The notes under the pieces: generated by a model | What the model was told of the DNA's origin: nothing | Databases searched by the model: none | What the model saw: only the letters and a program-made list of their open reading frames with translations | Position numbers and translations under genes: made by a program | In this document: positions 41,659 through 54,181 of the stretch, piece after piece | How positions within the stretch are numbered: position 1 is the stretch's first letter | Layout: the number at the start of each line of letters is the position of its first letter | Origin: Mobula hypostoma | Taxonomy: Eukaryota | Reading direction: 5' to 3' | NCBI RefSeq assembly: GCF_963921235.1 | Contig: NC_086097.1 | Span: forward strand, 188,358,001 to 188,422,000 | DNA length: 64,000 nucleotides

Positions 41659-43166
41659 TTCATTGAGGCTGGAGCCTTGATTCTTTGATTCAGTGAGGAG
41701 GGGTTAGGCAGCAGGTAATTTTTTTTCATTGTTTATTCTTTCTTCCTGATTTCATATTTAGAGCAGTGGGTATGCCAGACGGGATACTGGAATGCTCCTC
41801 TTGTGGGATGTGGGAATGTAGGGAGACCTCAAGCGTCTTTGATGACTGCACCAACAAGAAGTACATCCAACTGCAGATCATGTTAAGGAGTTGGAGCTGG
41901 AATAGGATGGACTCTGGATCATTTGGGAAGCTGAGGGATTGATAGAGGGAGGTAGTTATACACAAAGTGTAGGACACAGTTAACTAGATTCCTTTCAGGA
42001 GAGGAAAAGGGAATAGGCAGAGGTGCAGAGTAGCCCTGTGGCAGGCTCTTCAGGAACAGGTATACCACTTTGGATACTGTTGGTGGGAATGATCTAGCAG
42101 AGGAAAGCCACTGCAGTCAGGTCTCTGGTTTTGAGTCTGGCTCTATGGCTCAGTAGGGAACTGGGGAGAAGAGGCAAACTGTAGTGATAAGGAATTTGTT
42201 GGTTAGGGTAACAGAAAAGAGGTTCTGTGGATGAGAATAAGATTTCCAGATGGTTTGTTACCTCTTGGGTGCCAGGGTCAGGGACTTCTCAGATAGAGCA
42301 CATACCATCTTAAATGGGAGGGTGAGCAGCTTGATGTCATGGTTCACATTGGTACCAATGACATGGGTAAGATCGGTGACAAAGTCCTGCAAAGTGAGTT
42401 CAGGGAGTTACGTGCTAAGTTAAGGACAGAACCTCCAGGGTTGTGATCTCAGGATTGCTACCCATGCCACCTGCTAGTGAGGCGAAAATTAGGAAGATCA
42501 CACAGTTTAACACGTGACTAAAGGTGCTGCTACAGGAAGGAGAACTTCAGATTTTTGGATCATTGGTCTCTCTTCCCAGGAAGGTGAGGCTATACAGAAG
42601 GGATGGTTTGCAATTGAACTAAAGGTAGACTAATATCCTAACAGGAAGGTTTTCCAGTGCTGTTTTGGGGGTTTAAAATGAGCATTGCTGGGGGGTGGGG
42701 TCCAGAGTGCCAGAACAAGTAATCAAGTGGTTGGGGAGAAAGATGTTGTTGAGCCTACATACATACGAAGTCAAGAATCAAAAGGACAAGCATGATGGGA
42801 TTAATGTTCTGAGCTGCATAAGTTTTGATGCAAGGAGTAGTCTAAGAAAGGCAAATAAGCTTAGCACGTGGAACTAAGGTATTGTGGCCATTAGCAAGAC
42901 TTGGTTGCAGACGAGGCAGGACTAGTAGCTCAGTGTTCCTGGGTTCTGTTGCTTTAGATGTGACAAAGGCCAAGTGGAAAATGTCACGGCAGTGCTCAGA
43001 CAGAACGGACTGGAGAGCTCGTCTAGTCAGGCTTTATGGGTGGAACAGGGGAATAAGGAATGTGTGACAACATTAATGGGATTATATCATACATCACCAA
43101 ACAGTCCACAGGATTCAAAGGAGCAAACTTGTAGAGAGATCACAGACTCTTGCAAGAAACATAAGG

Positions 43167-43260
43167 GTCCTGCTGAAGGGTCTCAGCCCAAGACGCAGGC
43201 TATACTCCTTTTCCATAGATGCTGCCTGGCCTACTGAGTTCCTCCAGCATTTTGTGTGTG
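43167..43260 (+). mobile_element. Short Penelope-derived 3'-end insertion
   Basis: 17-bp duplication ttgcaagaaacataagg at 43150-43166 and 43261-43277. Confidence 0.85.
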
Positions 43261-43519
43261 TTGCAAGAAACATAAGGTTGTGGTGGTAGATGATTTTAAC
43301 TTTACACATATTGACTGGGACTCTCATACCGTAAAAGGGCTTGATGGGAAAGAGTTTTGTTCAGGAAATTTCCTTAATCAGTACATAGAAGTCCTAACTC
43401 GAGACAGTGTGATACTAGATCTCCTATTAGGGAATGAGACAGGGCAGATGACAGAAGTTTGTGTAGGAGAACATTTTGCATCTAGTGATAATGTCATTAG
43501 TTTCAATATAATAATGGAG

Positions 43520-45725
43520 AACATAGAACAGTACAGCACAGTACAGGCCCTTCAACCCACAATGTTGTGCTGACCCTTAAACCCTGCCTCCCATATAACA
43601 ACCCACCTTAAATTCCTCCATATACCTGTCTAGTAGTCTCTTAAATTTCACTAGTGTATCTCTCTCCACCACTGACTCAGGCAGTGCATTCCACACACCA
43701 ACCACTCTCTGAGTGAAAAACCTTCCTCTAATATCCCCCTTGAACTGCCCACCCCTTACCTTAAAGCCATGTCCTCTTGTATTGAGCAGTGGTGCCCCGG
43801 GAAAGAGGCGCTGGCTGTCCACTCTATCTATTCCTCTTAATATCTTGTATATCTCTACCATGTCTCCTCTCATACTCCTTCTCTCCAGAGAGTAAAGCCC
43901 TAGCTCCCTTAATCTCTGATCATAATGCATACTCTCTAAACCAGGCAGCATCCTGGTAAATCTCCTCTGTACCCTTTCCAATGCTTCCACATCCTTCCTA
44001 TAGTGAGGCAACCAGAACTGGACACAGTACTCCAAGTGTGGCTTAACCAGAGTTTTATAGAGCTGCATCATTACATCGCGACTCTTAAACTCTATCCCTC
44101 GACTTATGAAAGCTAACACCCCATAAGCTTTCTTAACTACCCTATCCACCTGTGAGGCAGCTTTCAGGGATTTGTGGACATGTACCCCCAGATCCCTCTG
44201 CTCCTCCACACTTCCAAGTATCCTGCCATTTACTTTGTACTCTGCTTTGGAGTTTGTCCTTCCAAAGTGTATCACCTCACACTTCTCCAGGTTGAACTCC
44301 ATCTGCCACTTCTCAGCCCACTTCTGCATCTTACCAATGTTTCTCTGCAATCTTCGACAATCCTCTACACTAACCACAACACCAGCAACCTTTGTGTCGT
44401 CTGCAAATTTGCCAACCCACCCTTCTATCCCCACATCCAGGTCGTTAATAAAAAGTCATGAAAAGTAGAGGTCCTAGAACCAATCCTTGTGGGAGACCAC
44501 TAATCACAATCCTCCAATCTGAATGTACTCCCTCCACCACAACCTTCTGCCTTCTGCAGGTTAGCCAATTCTGAATTCACCTGGCCAAACTTCCCTGGAT
44601 CCCATGCCTTCTGACTTTCTGAATAAGCCTGCTGTGTGAAACCTTGTCAAATGCCTTATTAAAATCCATGTAGACCACATCCACTGCACTACCTTCATCT
44701 ATATGCCTGGTCACCTCCTCAAAGAACTCTATCAGGCTTGTTAGACATGATCTGCCCTTCACAAAGCCATGCTGACTGTCCCTAATCAGACCATGATTCT
44801 CTAAGTGCCCATAGATCCTATCTCTAAGAATCTTTTCCAACAGCTTTCCCACCACAGATGTAAGGCTCACTGATCTATCATTACCCGGACTATCCCTACT
44901 ACCTTTTTTGAACAAGGGGACAGTTGCCTTCCTCCAATCCTCCGGTACCATTCCCGTGGACAACGAGGACATAAAGATCCTAGCCAGAGGCTCAGCAATC
45001 TCTTCCCTGGCCTCGTGGAGCAGCCTGGGGATTATTCTGTCAGGCCCCGGGGACTTATCTGCCCTAATGTATTTTAGCAACTCCAGCACCTCCTCTCCCT
45101 TAATATCAACATGCTCCAGAACATCAACCTTACTCATATTGTGCTCACCGTCATCAAGTTCCCTCTCATTGATGAATACCGAAGAGAAGTATTCATTGAG
45201 GACCTCGCTCACTTCCACAGCCTCCAGGCACATCTTCCCTTCTTTATCTCTAATTGGTCCTATCTTCACTGTCATCCTTTTATTCTTCACATAATTGAAG
45301 AATCCCTTGGGGTTTTCCTTTACCCTGCTCGCCAAAGCCTTCTCATGCCCCCTTCTTGCTCTCCTTAGCCCCTTCTTAAGCTCCTTTCTTGCTACCCTAT
45401 GTTCCTCAATAGACCCATCTGATCCTTGCTTCCTAAACCTCATGTATGCTGCCTTCTTCCACCTGACTAGATTCTTCACCTCACTTATCACCCATGGTTC
45501 CATCACCCTACCATTCTTTATCTTCCTCACCAGGACAAATTTATCCCTAACATCCTGCAAGAGATCCCTAAACATTGACCACATATCCATAGTACATTTT
45601 CCTGCAAAAACATCATCCCAATTCACACCCGCAAGTTCTAGCCTTATAGCCTCATAATTTGTCCTTCCCCGATTAAAAATTTTCCTGTCCTTTCTGATTC
45701 TATCCTTTTCCATGATAATGTTAAA
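43520..45725 (-). mobile_element. 5'-truncated CR1, same subfamily as 28328-30545
   Basis: ORFs 43577..44434 and 44577..45773 (RT with FADD) closely match 28723..30309. Confidence 0.93.
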
Positions 45726-47584
45726 GGTTAGGCCTGGTCCTTGGGTTGAAATCCTAAATTGGAGAAAGGCCAATTTTGATGGTATCAGAAATGATCTGGC
45801 AAGTGTGGATTAGGACAAGTTGTTTACTGGCAAAGTTGTACTTGGTAAGTGGGAGGCCTTCAAAAGTGAAATTTTGAGATTACAGAGCTTGTATGGTCCT
45901 GTCAGGTTCAAAAACAAGGAAAACAGGTTTAAGGAACCTCAGGTCCTGGTTAAGAAAAAGGAGGTGCCTAGCAGGTAGGAACAAATGAGGTACATGAGTG
46001 TAAGAAATGCAAAAGGACACTTAAGAAGGAAATTAGGGGGGCTAAAAGGTGGCATGACATTGCCTAGCAGACAAGGTGAAAGAGAATCCCAAGGGCTTCT
46101 ACAGATATTATAAGAGCAAAACGATTTCAAGGGACAAAACTGGTCCTCTGGAAGATCAGAATGGTAATCTATCTGTGGAGCCAAAAGAGATGGGAAAGGT
46201 CTTAAATGAATTTTTTGCATCTGCATTGACTCGGGACATGGAGACAAAGTCTATAGTTGTGAGGCAATGCAGCAGCGAGGTCATGGACCCTAGTCAGATT
46301 ACAGAAGAGGAGATGTTTACTGTCTTGAGGCAAATTAGGATGGATAAGTTCCCAGAGCTTGACAATGTGTTCCCTTGGACCCTGTGGGAGGCTAGTGCAG
46401 AAATTGTAGGGACCCTAGCAGAGATACCTAAAACATACTGGGCCGCGCATGAGGTGCCGGAGGATTGCAGGATAGCTAATGTTGTTCTGTTGTTTAAGAA
46501 AGGCTCTAATAATGTCAGGAAATTATAGGCTGGTGAACTTGACATCAGTAGTGGTAAAATTATTAGAAGGTATTCCAAAGGACCGGACATATACAGTAAG
46601 TATTTGGATAGACAGGGATAGTTAACATGACTTCTTTGCTCATGGTAGGTCATATCTAACCAATCTTATAGTTATTCGAGGAAGTTACCAGGAAAGTTGA
46701 AGGCAAGGCAATGGATGTTGTCTACATAGACTTTAACAAGACACTTGACAAGATCCCACACAGGAGTTTGGTGAAGAAGGTTTAGTCACCTGGCATTCAA
46801 AATTATGTAGTAAATTGGATTAGACACCAGCTTCGTGTAAGAAGCCAAAGAGTGGTTGTAGATGATTGCCTCTCTAACTGGAGGCCTGTAACTACTGGAG
46901 TGCCACAGGAGCCAGTGTTGTGCCTGTTATTGTTTGTCATCTATAGCAAAGATCTAGATGCTAATGTGGTTAACTGGATCAGCAAATCTGCAGATGACAC
47001 CAAGACTGGGGATGCAGTGGACAGCAAGGAGGACTATCACAGCTTGCAGTGGGATCTGGACTAGATGGAAAAATGGACTGAAAAATGGCAGATGGAATTT
47101 AATGCAGACAAGTGCAAAGTGTTATACTTTGATAGGACCAGCCAGGGTAGGTCTTACACAGTGAACAGTAGGGCACTGAGGAGTGCGATAGAACAGAGGG
47201 ATCTGGGAATACAGATCCATAATTCCTTGTAAGTGGCATCCCAGGTAGATAGGGCCCTAAATAAAGCTGTTGGCATGTTGGCTTTCATAAATCAATGTAT
47301 TGGGTACAGGAGTTGGGATGTCATGTTGAACACATTGGCGAAGGGTATAGATAGGGTAAATGCAAACTTTTCCCCCGAGGTTGGAAGAGACGTCATGGGT
47401 TAAGGGTGAAAGGTGAAATGTTTCAGGGGAACACAAGGAGGAACTTCTTCCCTCAGAGGGTGGTGAGAGTGTGTAATGAGCTGCCAACACAACTGGTGGA
47501 TGCAGGGTTAATTTCAACATTGAAGAGAAATTTGGTTAGGCACACGGATGGGAGGGGAATGAAGGGCTATGGTTGACAGAACTA

Positions 47585-47923
<339 letters not shown>

Positions 47924-48194
47924 TTAGTAAACATTATATGGGTGTGACATCATAGAATAAAGCTGAATTTCCACTGATGTAATCCCCTTGCAAACAAATA
48001 AGTAGAAAAGCAGAGAATTTGTGTCTTGATTAATTTATACAATGTGCCATTAGGAAGGCAATTTGTATGTTTAAGTTGCAAAATTCTCCTCCAATTATAT
48101 AAAGACCATCTCAAGCATTATGTCTAGTCTCTACTCACTTGCAACTGAGGGAATGCATCACTTATTAGGACAATGAGTGTTGAATATGAAATAA

Positions 48195-48575
48195 AGGGGT
48201 CTAGGCCTGTACTCTCCAGAATCTGGAAATAAGTTGATGTTATTGAAATGTACATAATCCATGCAGGGTAGCTGCAGAATTAATATTTCCCCTTTCTGGA
48301 GTATCTAGGGACGAGGGCATAATCTCAAAATAAATGGGTGTCAAGATCCCCACTAGGTCTTGCTCAGGTGTGGGGCAGTAGGGAGGAGGATTAATCATTA
48401 AGAATACATAAAACAAGGGTTTTTTTTAAGATATATTAAGGCAATCTAAGCATATTGAGTAAGTGCAGGGATGTAGTATTGAGGTAAATTATTAGCTACG
48501 ATCCTATTGAAGAGTAGAGCAAGAATGAAGGGAGGGCAAATGACCTACTCCTACCTCCACTTCTTAAATTATGTT
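48195..48575 (+). mobile_element. Highly decayed CR1 3' fragment
   Basis: ctaggcctgtactctccagaa...aaatgacctactcctacctcc resembles a CR1 3' end. Confidence 0.55.
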
Positions 48576-49067
48576 CTAATGTTTCAAAATATTGCAATAT
48601 TGTTGGCCTGTCCTTCAATAATATTCCTTAATGTTGAAACTTGGTATCTTCGTATCCATGCTTTGAATAGATAAGCAGCAAATGTTAGCGCCAAATGTTA
48701 TCATCATTTTGCACAAATGAATATCGCATTTTAGCATTTAAATTAGGTTATAGTTACAAATGTATACAGTAATTACATGCCTGTTCAAAGAATGCTTATT
48801 TCATTAAGAAATATTTCATTTTTAAATTTGTGCTTTGGGATGCATCATAAAATCCAAATTCTATCAATGTATCTTCTGAAGCATTCGTCCATTGTAATAA
48901 ATACTGCACATCTTTCACTGCTCATGCTGAATAGTTAAAAATTAAATTGCAGGACTTTAAAATATCTCAGCCTTCACAACAAATTAATGATTAGCATCAT
49001 TGTGAAAGTTCACTTACTAGTGAAGGCAGTTTTAAAAAGGTATTGAAAAAAAAAGGAAATGCCATAC

Positions 49068-49119
49068 CTGCACAGAATGGATTTGTAGGATTAAAATTGA
49101 GTGGAAATTCATGCGATAC
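49068..49119 (-). CDS. CPNE3: Copine-3-like coding exon E
   Basis: tttag|GTA...GCA G|gtatgg; 52 nt, VSHEFPLNFNPTNPFCA; preceded by a 91-nt intron. Confidence 0.93.
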
Positions 49120-49210
49120 CTAAAGGTAAATACCCAATGCAAACTATGAATTTCACACCAAACAAAGTAACTTTTTTTTTAATTTCTTTCATTAATCATT
49201 CCATAATTAC

Positions 49211-49265
49211 CTGCCAATTAGGTGGTATCTGAGCTCCAAATCCAAATGCAGGGAACAATTTGTCT
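49211..49265 (-). CDS. CPNE3: Copine-3-like coding exon D
   Basis: taacag|A GAC...CAG|gtaatt; 55 nt, (T)[18 protein letters not shown]; phase matches exon C. Confidence 0.93.
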
Positions 49266-49299
49266 CTGTTAAAAATAATTATCAAAAACATGTCATTAA

Positions 49300-52110
49300 C
49301 ATAGAACACTGAACAGTACAGCACAGGAACAGGCCATCCAGCCGATAATATTGTGCCAAACCAGCGAGAAAGTAAGTAAATCAAAAACACCCAAAGACAA
49401 ATCCCTCCAACCTAAACCATGTCCATGTCCCTCCATCTTCCTTACATCCATGTGCCTCTCCAAACATCTCTTCAAAGCCTCTAATGTATTTACCTCTACC
49501 ACCGTACAAGGCATCCACCATGTTCTGAGTAAAAAACTTACTATTCACATCCCCCTTCAATCTATCTCCTCTCACCTTCAATGCATGCCCTCTGGTGTTA
49601 GACATCTCAACTCTGAGAAACAAGTATTCTCTGTCTACTCTAACTATGCCTCTCATAAACTTGTAAACCTCCATCAGATCTCCGGTCAGCCTCCGGCACT
49701 CCATAGAAAACAACCCAAGTTTATCCTGCCCCTTGTGATAACACATACCCTCTAAATCAGTGCCCTCTGCATCTCCAAAGCTTCAGCATTCTTCCTATAG
49801 CGGGGTGACCAGAACTGTATGCAATTCTCCAGGTGTAGTCCAACTGGGGTTTTATAAAGTTACAACATAACCTCCCAACATTTGAACTCAGTGCCTCGAC
49901 TAATAAAAGCAATGATTCCATAAGCCTTCTTAACCACCTTATTGACATTTGTAGCCTCTTTCAAGGAACTATGAACTTGGATCACAAGATCTCTCTGCTC
50001 AGCAACACTGTTAAGGATCTTGCCCTTAACAGTGTACTGTCTCCTTGCATTTGCCCTATCGAGGTGCAACTCCTCAGATTTATCTGGGTTAAACTCTATC
50101 TGCCATTTCACAGCCCATATCTACAAATGATCTATATTGTGCTGTATTCTTTGCCAGTTTTCAACTGTCCACAACTCCACCAACCTTTGTATGACCTTTT
50201 CTTTTCAAATATTTTTATTATTATTATCCAAAATTAACACCAGTACATCGAAGTAAGCAACGCTTACAACGTCTCAAGAAAAAAAAAACATTTTAAAGAT
50301 TGAAAAAATTTTAGTGATAATAAAAAAAACCTACTAAGCAAGAAAAAGTGTGTGTGGGGGGGGGACCCATTAGGTGTTCAACCCCGGAGCCATGTGTCAT
50401 AGAAAAAGCTTAAATATCAAACCACCAGCAAGAAAAAAAATGTACCAAAAATTTACAGTTAGATTGTGGAGGAAATCTATCAGTTAACTCAAATGATAAT
50501 AATGAGCAAATGAACCCCATCTTTTCTCAAAATCAAATATAGGTTCAAAGGTTCGACTTCTAATTTTCTCCAAACTAAGACATAGCATCACTTGAGAGAA
50601 GCATTGTAACAAAGTGGGAGCTGATGTATCCTTCCACTTCAACAAAATGGCCCTCCTAGCTATCAATGTAACAATTGCAATAACATGTTGGTTAGACACA
50701 GAGATACCACGGATACTTTGAGGAATTATTCCAAAAAGCACAGTTAATTTGTTAGGTTGTAAATTAATTTTAAGTGCTTTAGAAATTGTCGAAAAAACTG
50801 AGTTCCAGAACTGTTCCAGTATAGAACAGGACCAAAACATGTGTGTCAGTATAGCTGTCTCAGTTTTACATCTGTCACAATAACTATCAACATTACGAAA
50901 TATTTTAGACAGTCTCTCCTTTGTCAAATGGTAACGATGCACAATTTTAAATTGAATCAGTGAATGACTAGCACAGATCGAAGAAGAGTTAACCAACTTC
51001 AGAATCCGTGTCCAGTCTTCCATCATAAAAGTCAAATTGAGTTCCTTTTCTCAATCTTGTTTAATCTTAAATAAAGGACACTTATCCCATTGTAATAATA
51101 AATTATAAATTCTTCCAATAGAACCCTTCATCGAAGAGTTCATACTCATAATAGTATCTAACAGGTCAGCATCCAATATATCAGGAAAATTATTTAAATG
51201 TTTTTGTAAAAAATGTCTATCTTGAACAACCTTTGTATTATTCACAAATTTATGAACCCACCCATCTACATTTTCGTCTAGGTCATTTATATACATCACA
51301 AGTAGCAGAGGTCCCAACATAGATCCCTATAGAACTCTGCTAATTATAGACCTCAATCTTAAATAAGTCCCTTCAACCACTACCCCACCTTCTATGCATA
51401 AGCCAGTTCTGAATCCAAATAGCCATTTTGCTGCAACCCCAATTTGCCATTGACCCCATGCATCTTAATATTCTGGATTAGCCTCTCATGAGGGACTATG
51501 TCAAATCTCTTACTAAAATCCATGTAGACAACATCAGCTCCCCTACCCTCATCAATCTCTCTTGTCACTTCATCAAAAAACTCAATCAAGTTGGTAAGGC
51601 ACAACCTACCACACGCAAAGCCGTGCTGGCTCTCCTGAAATTAGGCCATGGTTTTCCAGATGCACATATATCCTATCCCTAAGAATTTTCTCCAGCAATT
51701 TCCCTACAAGTGTCATAAGACTCACTGGTCTATCATTCCCAGGATTTTCCTTTGTTCTTTTCTTAAATAGAGGTACAACATTAGCCACTCACCAGTCCTT
51801 CGGGACCTTGCCTATGGCTAGAGAAGACACGAAGATACTGGTCAAAGGCCCAGCAATCTCGTCTCTTGCCTCCTTTAATAATCTGGGGTAAGTCTCTTCT
51901 GGCCCTGGGGATTTACCCATCTTACTCATTAGGAGGCTCAATACTTCCTCCTGTAAATGCCTTAATGTATTTATACACTCAGCACTGATCTCCTGGTCCT
52001 CCATATCCTTTCACTTGGTAAATACTGAAGCAAAGTACTCATTAAGTACCTCACTCACATTCTCCACATCCAAGCAGATGTTCCCACCCTCTCGCTAGTT
52101 ATCCTCTTGC
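49300..52110 (-). mobile_element. Degenerate CR1 ORF2 fragment interrupted by L1
   Basis: Remnants KSPGPE, ANVVPLFKK, YMDFSKRFD and KWQIEFNPDK; tail ends 34 nt from the exon D acceptor. Confidence 0.88.
50196..51226 (-). mobile_element. 5'-truncated L1-clade LINE
   Basis: ORF 50484..51035 with IQFKIVHR...CDRC...THMFWSC (C-terminal cysteine-rich domain); A-rich tail; 12-bp TSD caacctttgtat at 50181-50192 and 51227-51238. Confidence 0.85.
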
Positions 52111-53126
52111 TCATGATGTTATTAAATAAATGGATAGAAAGCAAAAATGGTAAATAATAGTGAGATAATCATAATCAAAACTCTGCCTCATCAAGAATAA
52201 AGGAGTTTTACTACCAATGCCTTCAAATTCTTTGGCCTTTATTTTCTAGTGAAATAGCACAAAATATTCAATCTATACAATCAGGCAGCAACTCATGATT
52301 AACAGCTATCTCAGACCGAAATTTTCCCTTATTAAATAGCTTTACACATGTGCAATTTTATATGATAAAGTCTTCATCTTTATGAAACCTCAATATTTCT
52401 CAATTGAGAGGAAAAATTAATTTGTAAATAATTTTCAGTCAATAAATCAAAAATGATGAAAGATAATAAAGGAGAGATTTTAAGATGATAAAGACTATCA
52501 TTCATCATCTCAACATTGTTGTTGGCTCTGAGAAGATGTCATTGTGGGCAAAGTAAATGTAAAAAGATTAACAAAATAGTTTCATTTTAAAAAATGAGAC
52601 CAAGCAACATTTATGTGTAGTGAGTGACTAATTCTTAATCTCATAGTATGGAATATTTTGCAGTTTTCTTCCCCCACCCCCACCCCCTTTACAGAACATA
52701 ACCACAGCTTCAGTTTCACTTTGTGTGCAAGTCCAAGACCAAGTCAAACAACATTGGTATTTTAAACAGGAAGTCAAAACAAGCCCTGGAATTCAATGCA
52801 TCAGTGGAAGCAATTTTGGTAGAGGAAATTTGGCAAAACAATGATCTGAAATGTTGGTACTTTCCAACAGAATGTTCTAAAAATAACAATCTTAGTTACA
52901 TATCAAAGGTACATTTATTCTGTGCTCCTAGTCTTAGATTCTATGAGAAATTATATGTGCTTTAAAAAGAAAAACTGTGCAGTATTCTACTAATGACAAT
53001 TACTAGTCTGTGATCAAAAATCAAAGGTTGATAACAAGATCAACCAACCAACCACACAAAAGGGAGGCAAAGGAGCCAGCAAAATCTGACTGCCTTCAGA
53101 AATCTCTCAAATTCACAGCAGATACA

Positions 53127-53140
53127 CCACAGGAGGGCAG
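53127..53140 (+). promoter_or_regulatory. Candidate CTCF site
   Basis: CCACAGGAGGGCAG resembles the CTCF core. Confidence 0.3.
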
Positions 53141-53244
53141 CCTATCCAACTCCTGATTTGACAGCTGCACTGATTTTATTATGCACACAGGAGAAAATAA
53201 ATAATTTCAACATTGTTTAAGGAAATTATCAAACATGGGGCATT

Positions 53245-54181
53245 ATGAGTGAGAGGGCAGTTTGCTGTTCTCGGTGTCGGATGTGGGAGGCCCTGGAGTC
53301 TCCAAGCCTCTCGGACGTCTACATCTGTGCCAAGTGCATCGAGATGCAGCTCCTAAGGGACCGCGTTACGGAACTGGAGCTGCAGCTCGATGACCTTCGT
53401 CTGGTCAGGGAGAGTGAGGAGGTGATAGAGAGGAGTGGAAGGCAGGTGGTCACGCCGGGGCCACGGGAGGCAGACAAGTGGGTCACGGTTAGGAGGGGGA
53501 AGGGGAAAAGTCAGGTGATGGGGAGTACCCTGGTGGCTGTGCCCCTTAACAATAGGTACTCCTGTTTGAGTACTGTTGCAGGGGACAGCTTACCCGGGGG
53601 AAGTGACAGTGGCTGTGCCTCCGGCACAGAGTCTGGCCCTGTAGCTCAGAAGGGTAGGGCAAGGAAGAGGAGGGCAGTTGTGATAGGGGACTCGATAGTA
53701 AGGGGGTCAGATAGGCGATTCTGTGGACGCAGTCCAGAGACCCGGATGGTAGTTTGCCTCCCTGGTGCCAGGGTCCGGGATATTTCTGATTGTGTCCAAT
53801 ATATCCTGAAGTGGGAGGGTGAGGAGCCAGAGGTCGTGGTACATATAGGTACCAATGACATAGGTAGGAAAAGGGATGAGGTCCTGAAAGGAGAATATAG
53901 GGAGCTAGGAAGGGAGTTGAGAAAAAGGACCGCAAAGGTAGTAATCTTGGGATTACTGCCTGTGCCACGCGACAGTGAGAGTAGGAATGCGATGAGGTGG
54001 AGGATAAATGCGTGGCTGAGGGATTGGAGCAGGGGGCAGGGATTCAAGTTTTTGGATCATTGGGACCTCTTTTGGTGCAGGCGTGACCTGTACAAAAAGG
54101 ACGGGTTACACTTGAATCCTAGGGGGAACCAATATCCTGGCAGGGAGATTAGCGGGGGCTACTGAGGTGACTTTAAACTAG
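53245..54181 (+). pseudogene. CR1 ORF1 (Cys-rich zinc finger, coiled coil, SGNH esterase) with a 1-nt insertion at ~54127
   Basis: CxxC..CxxC, GDSIVRG, HIGTND and DGLHLN motifs; native end TNILAGRLAGATEVTLN* restored by comparison with the copies at ~12680-12755 and ~42600-42680. Confidence 0.88.

Noticed and set aside
54163..54165. In-frame TGA readthrough joining ORF1 to ORF2
   Set aside because: ORF1 and ORF2 share a frame here only because of a 1-nt insertion; two other copies show the native ORF1 frame ending LN*
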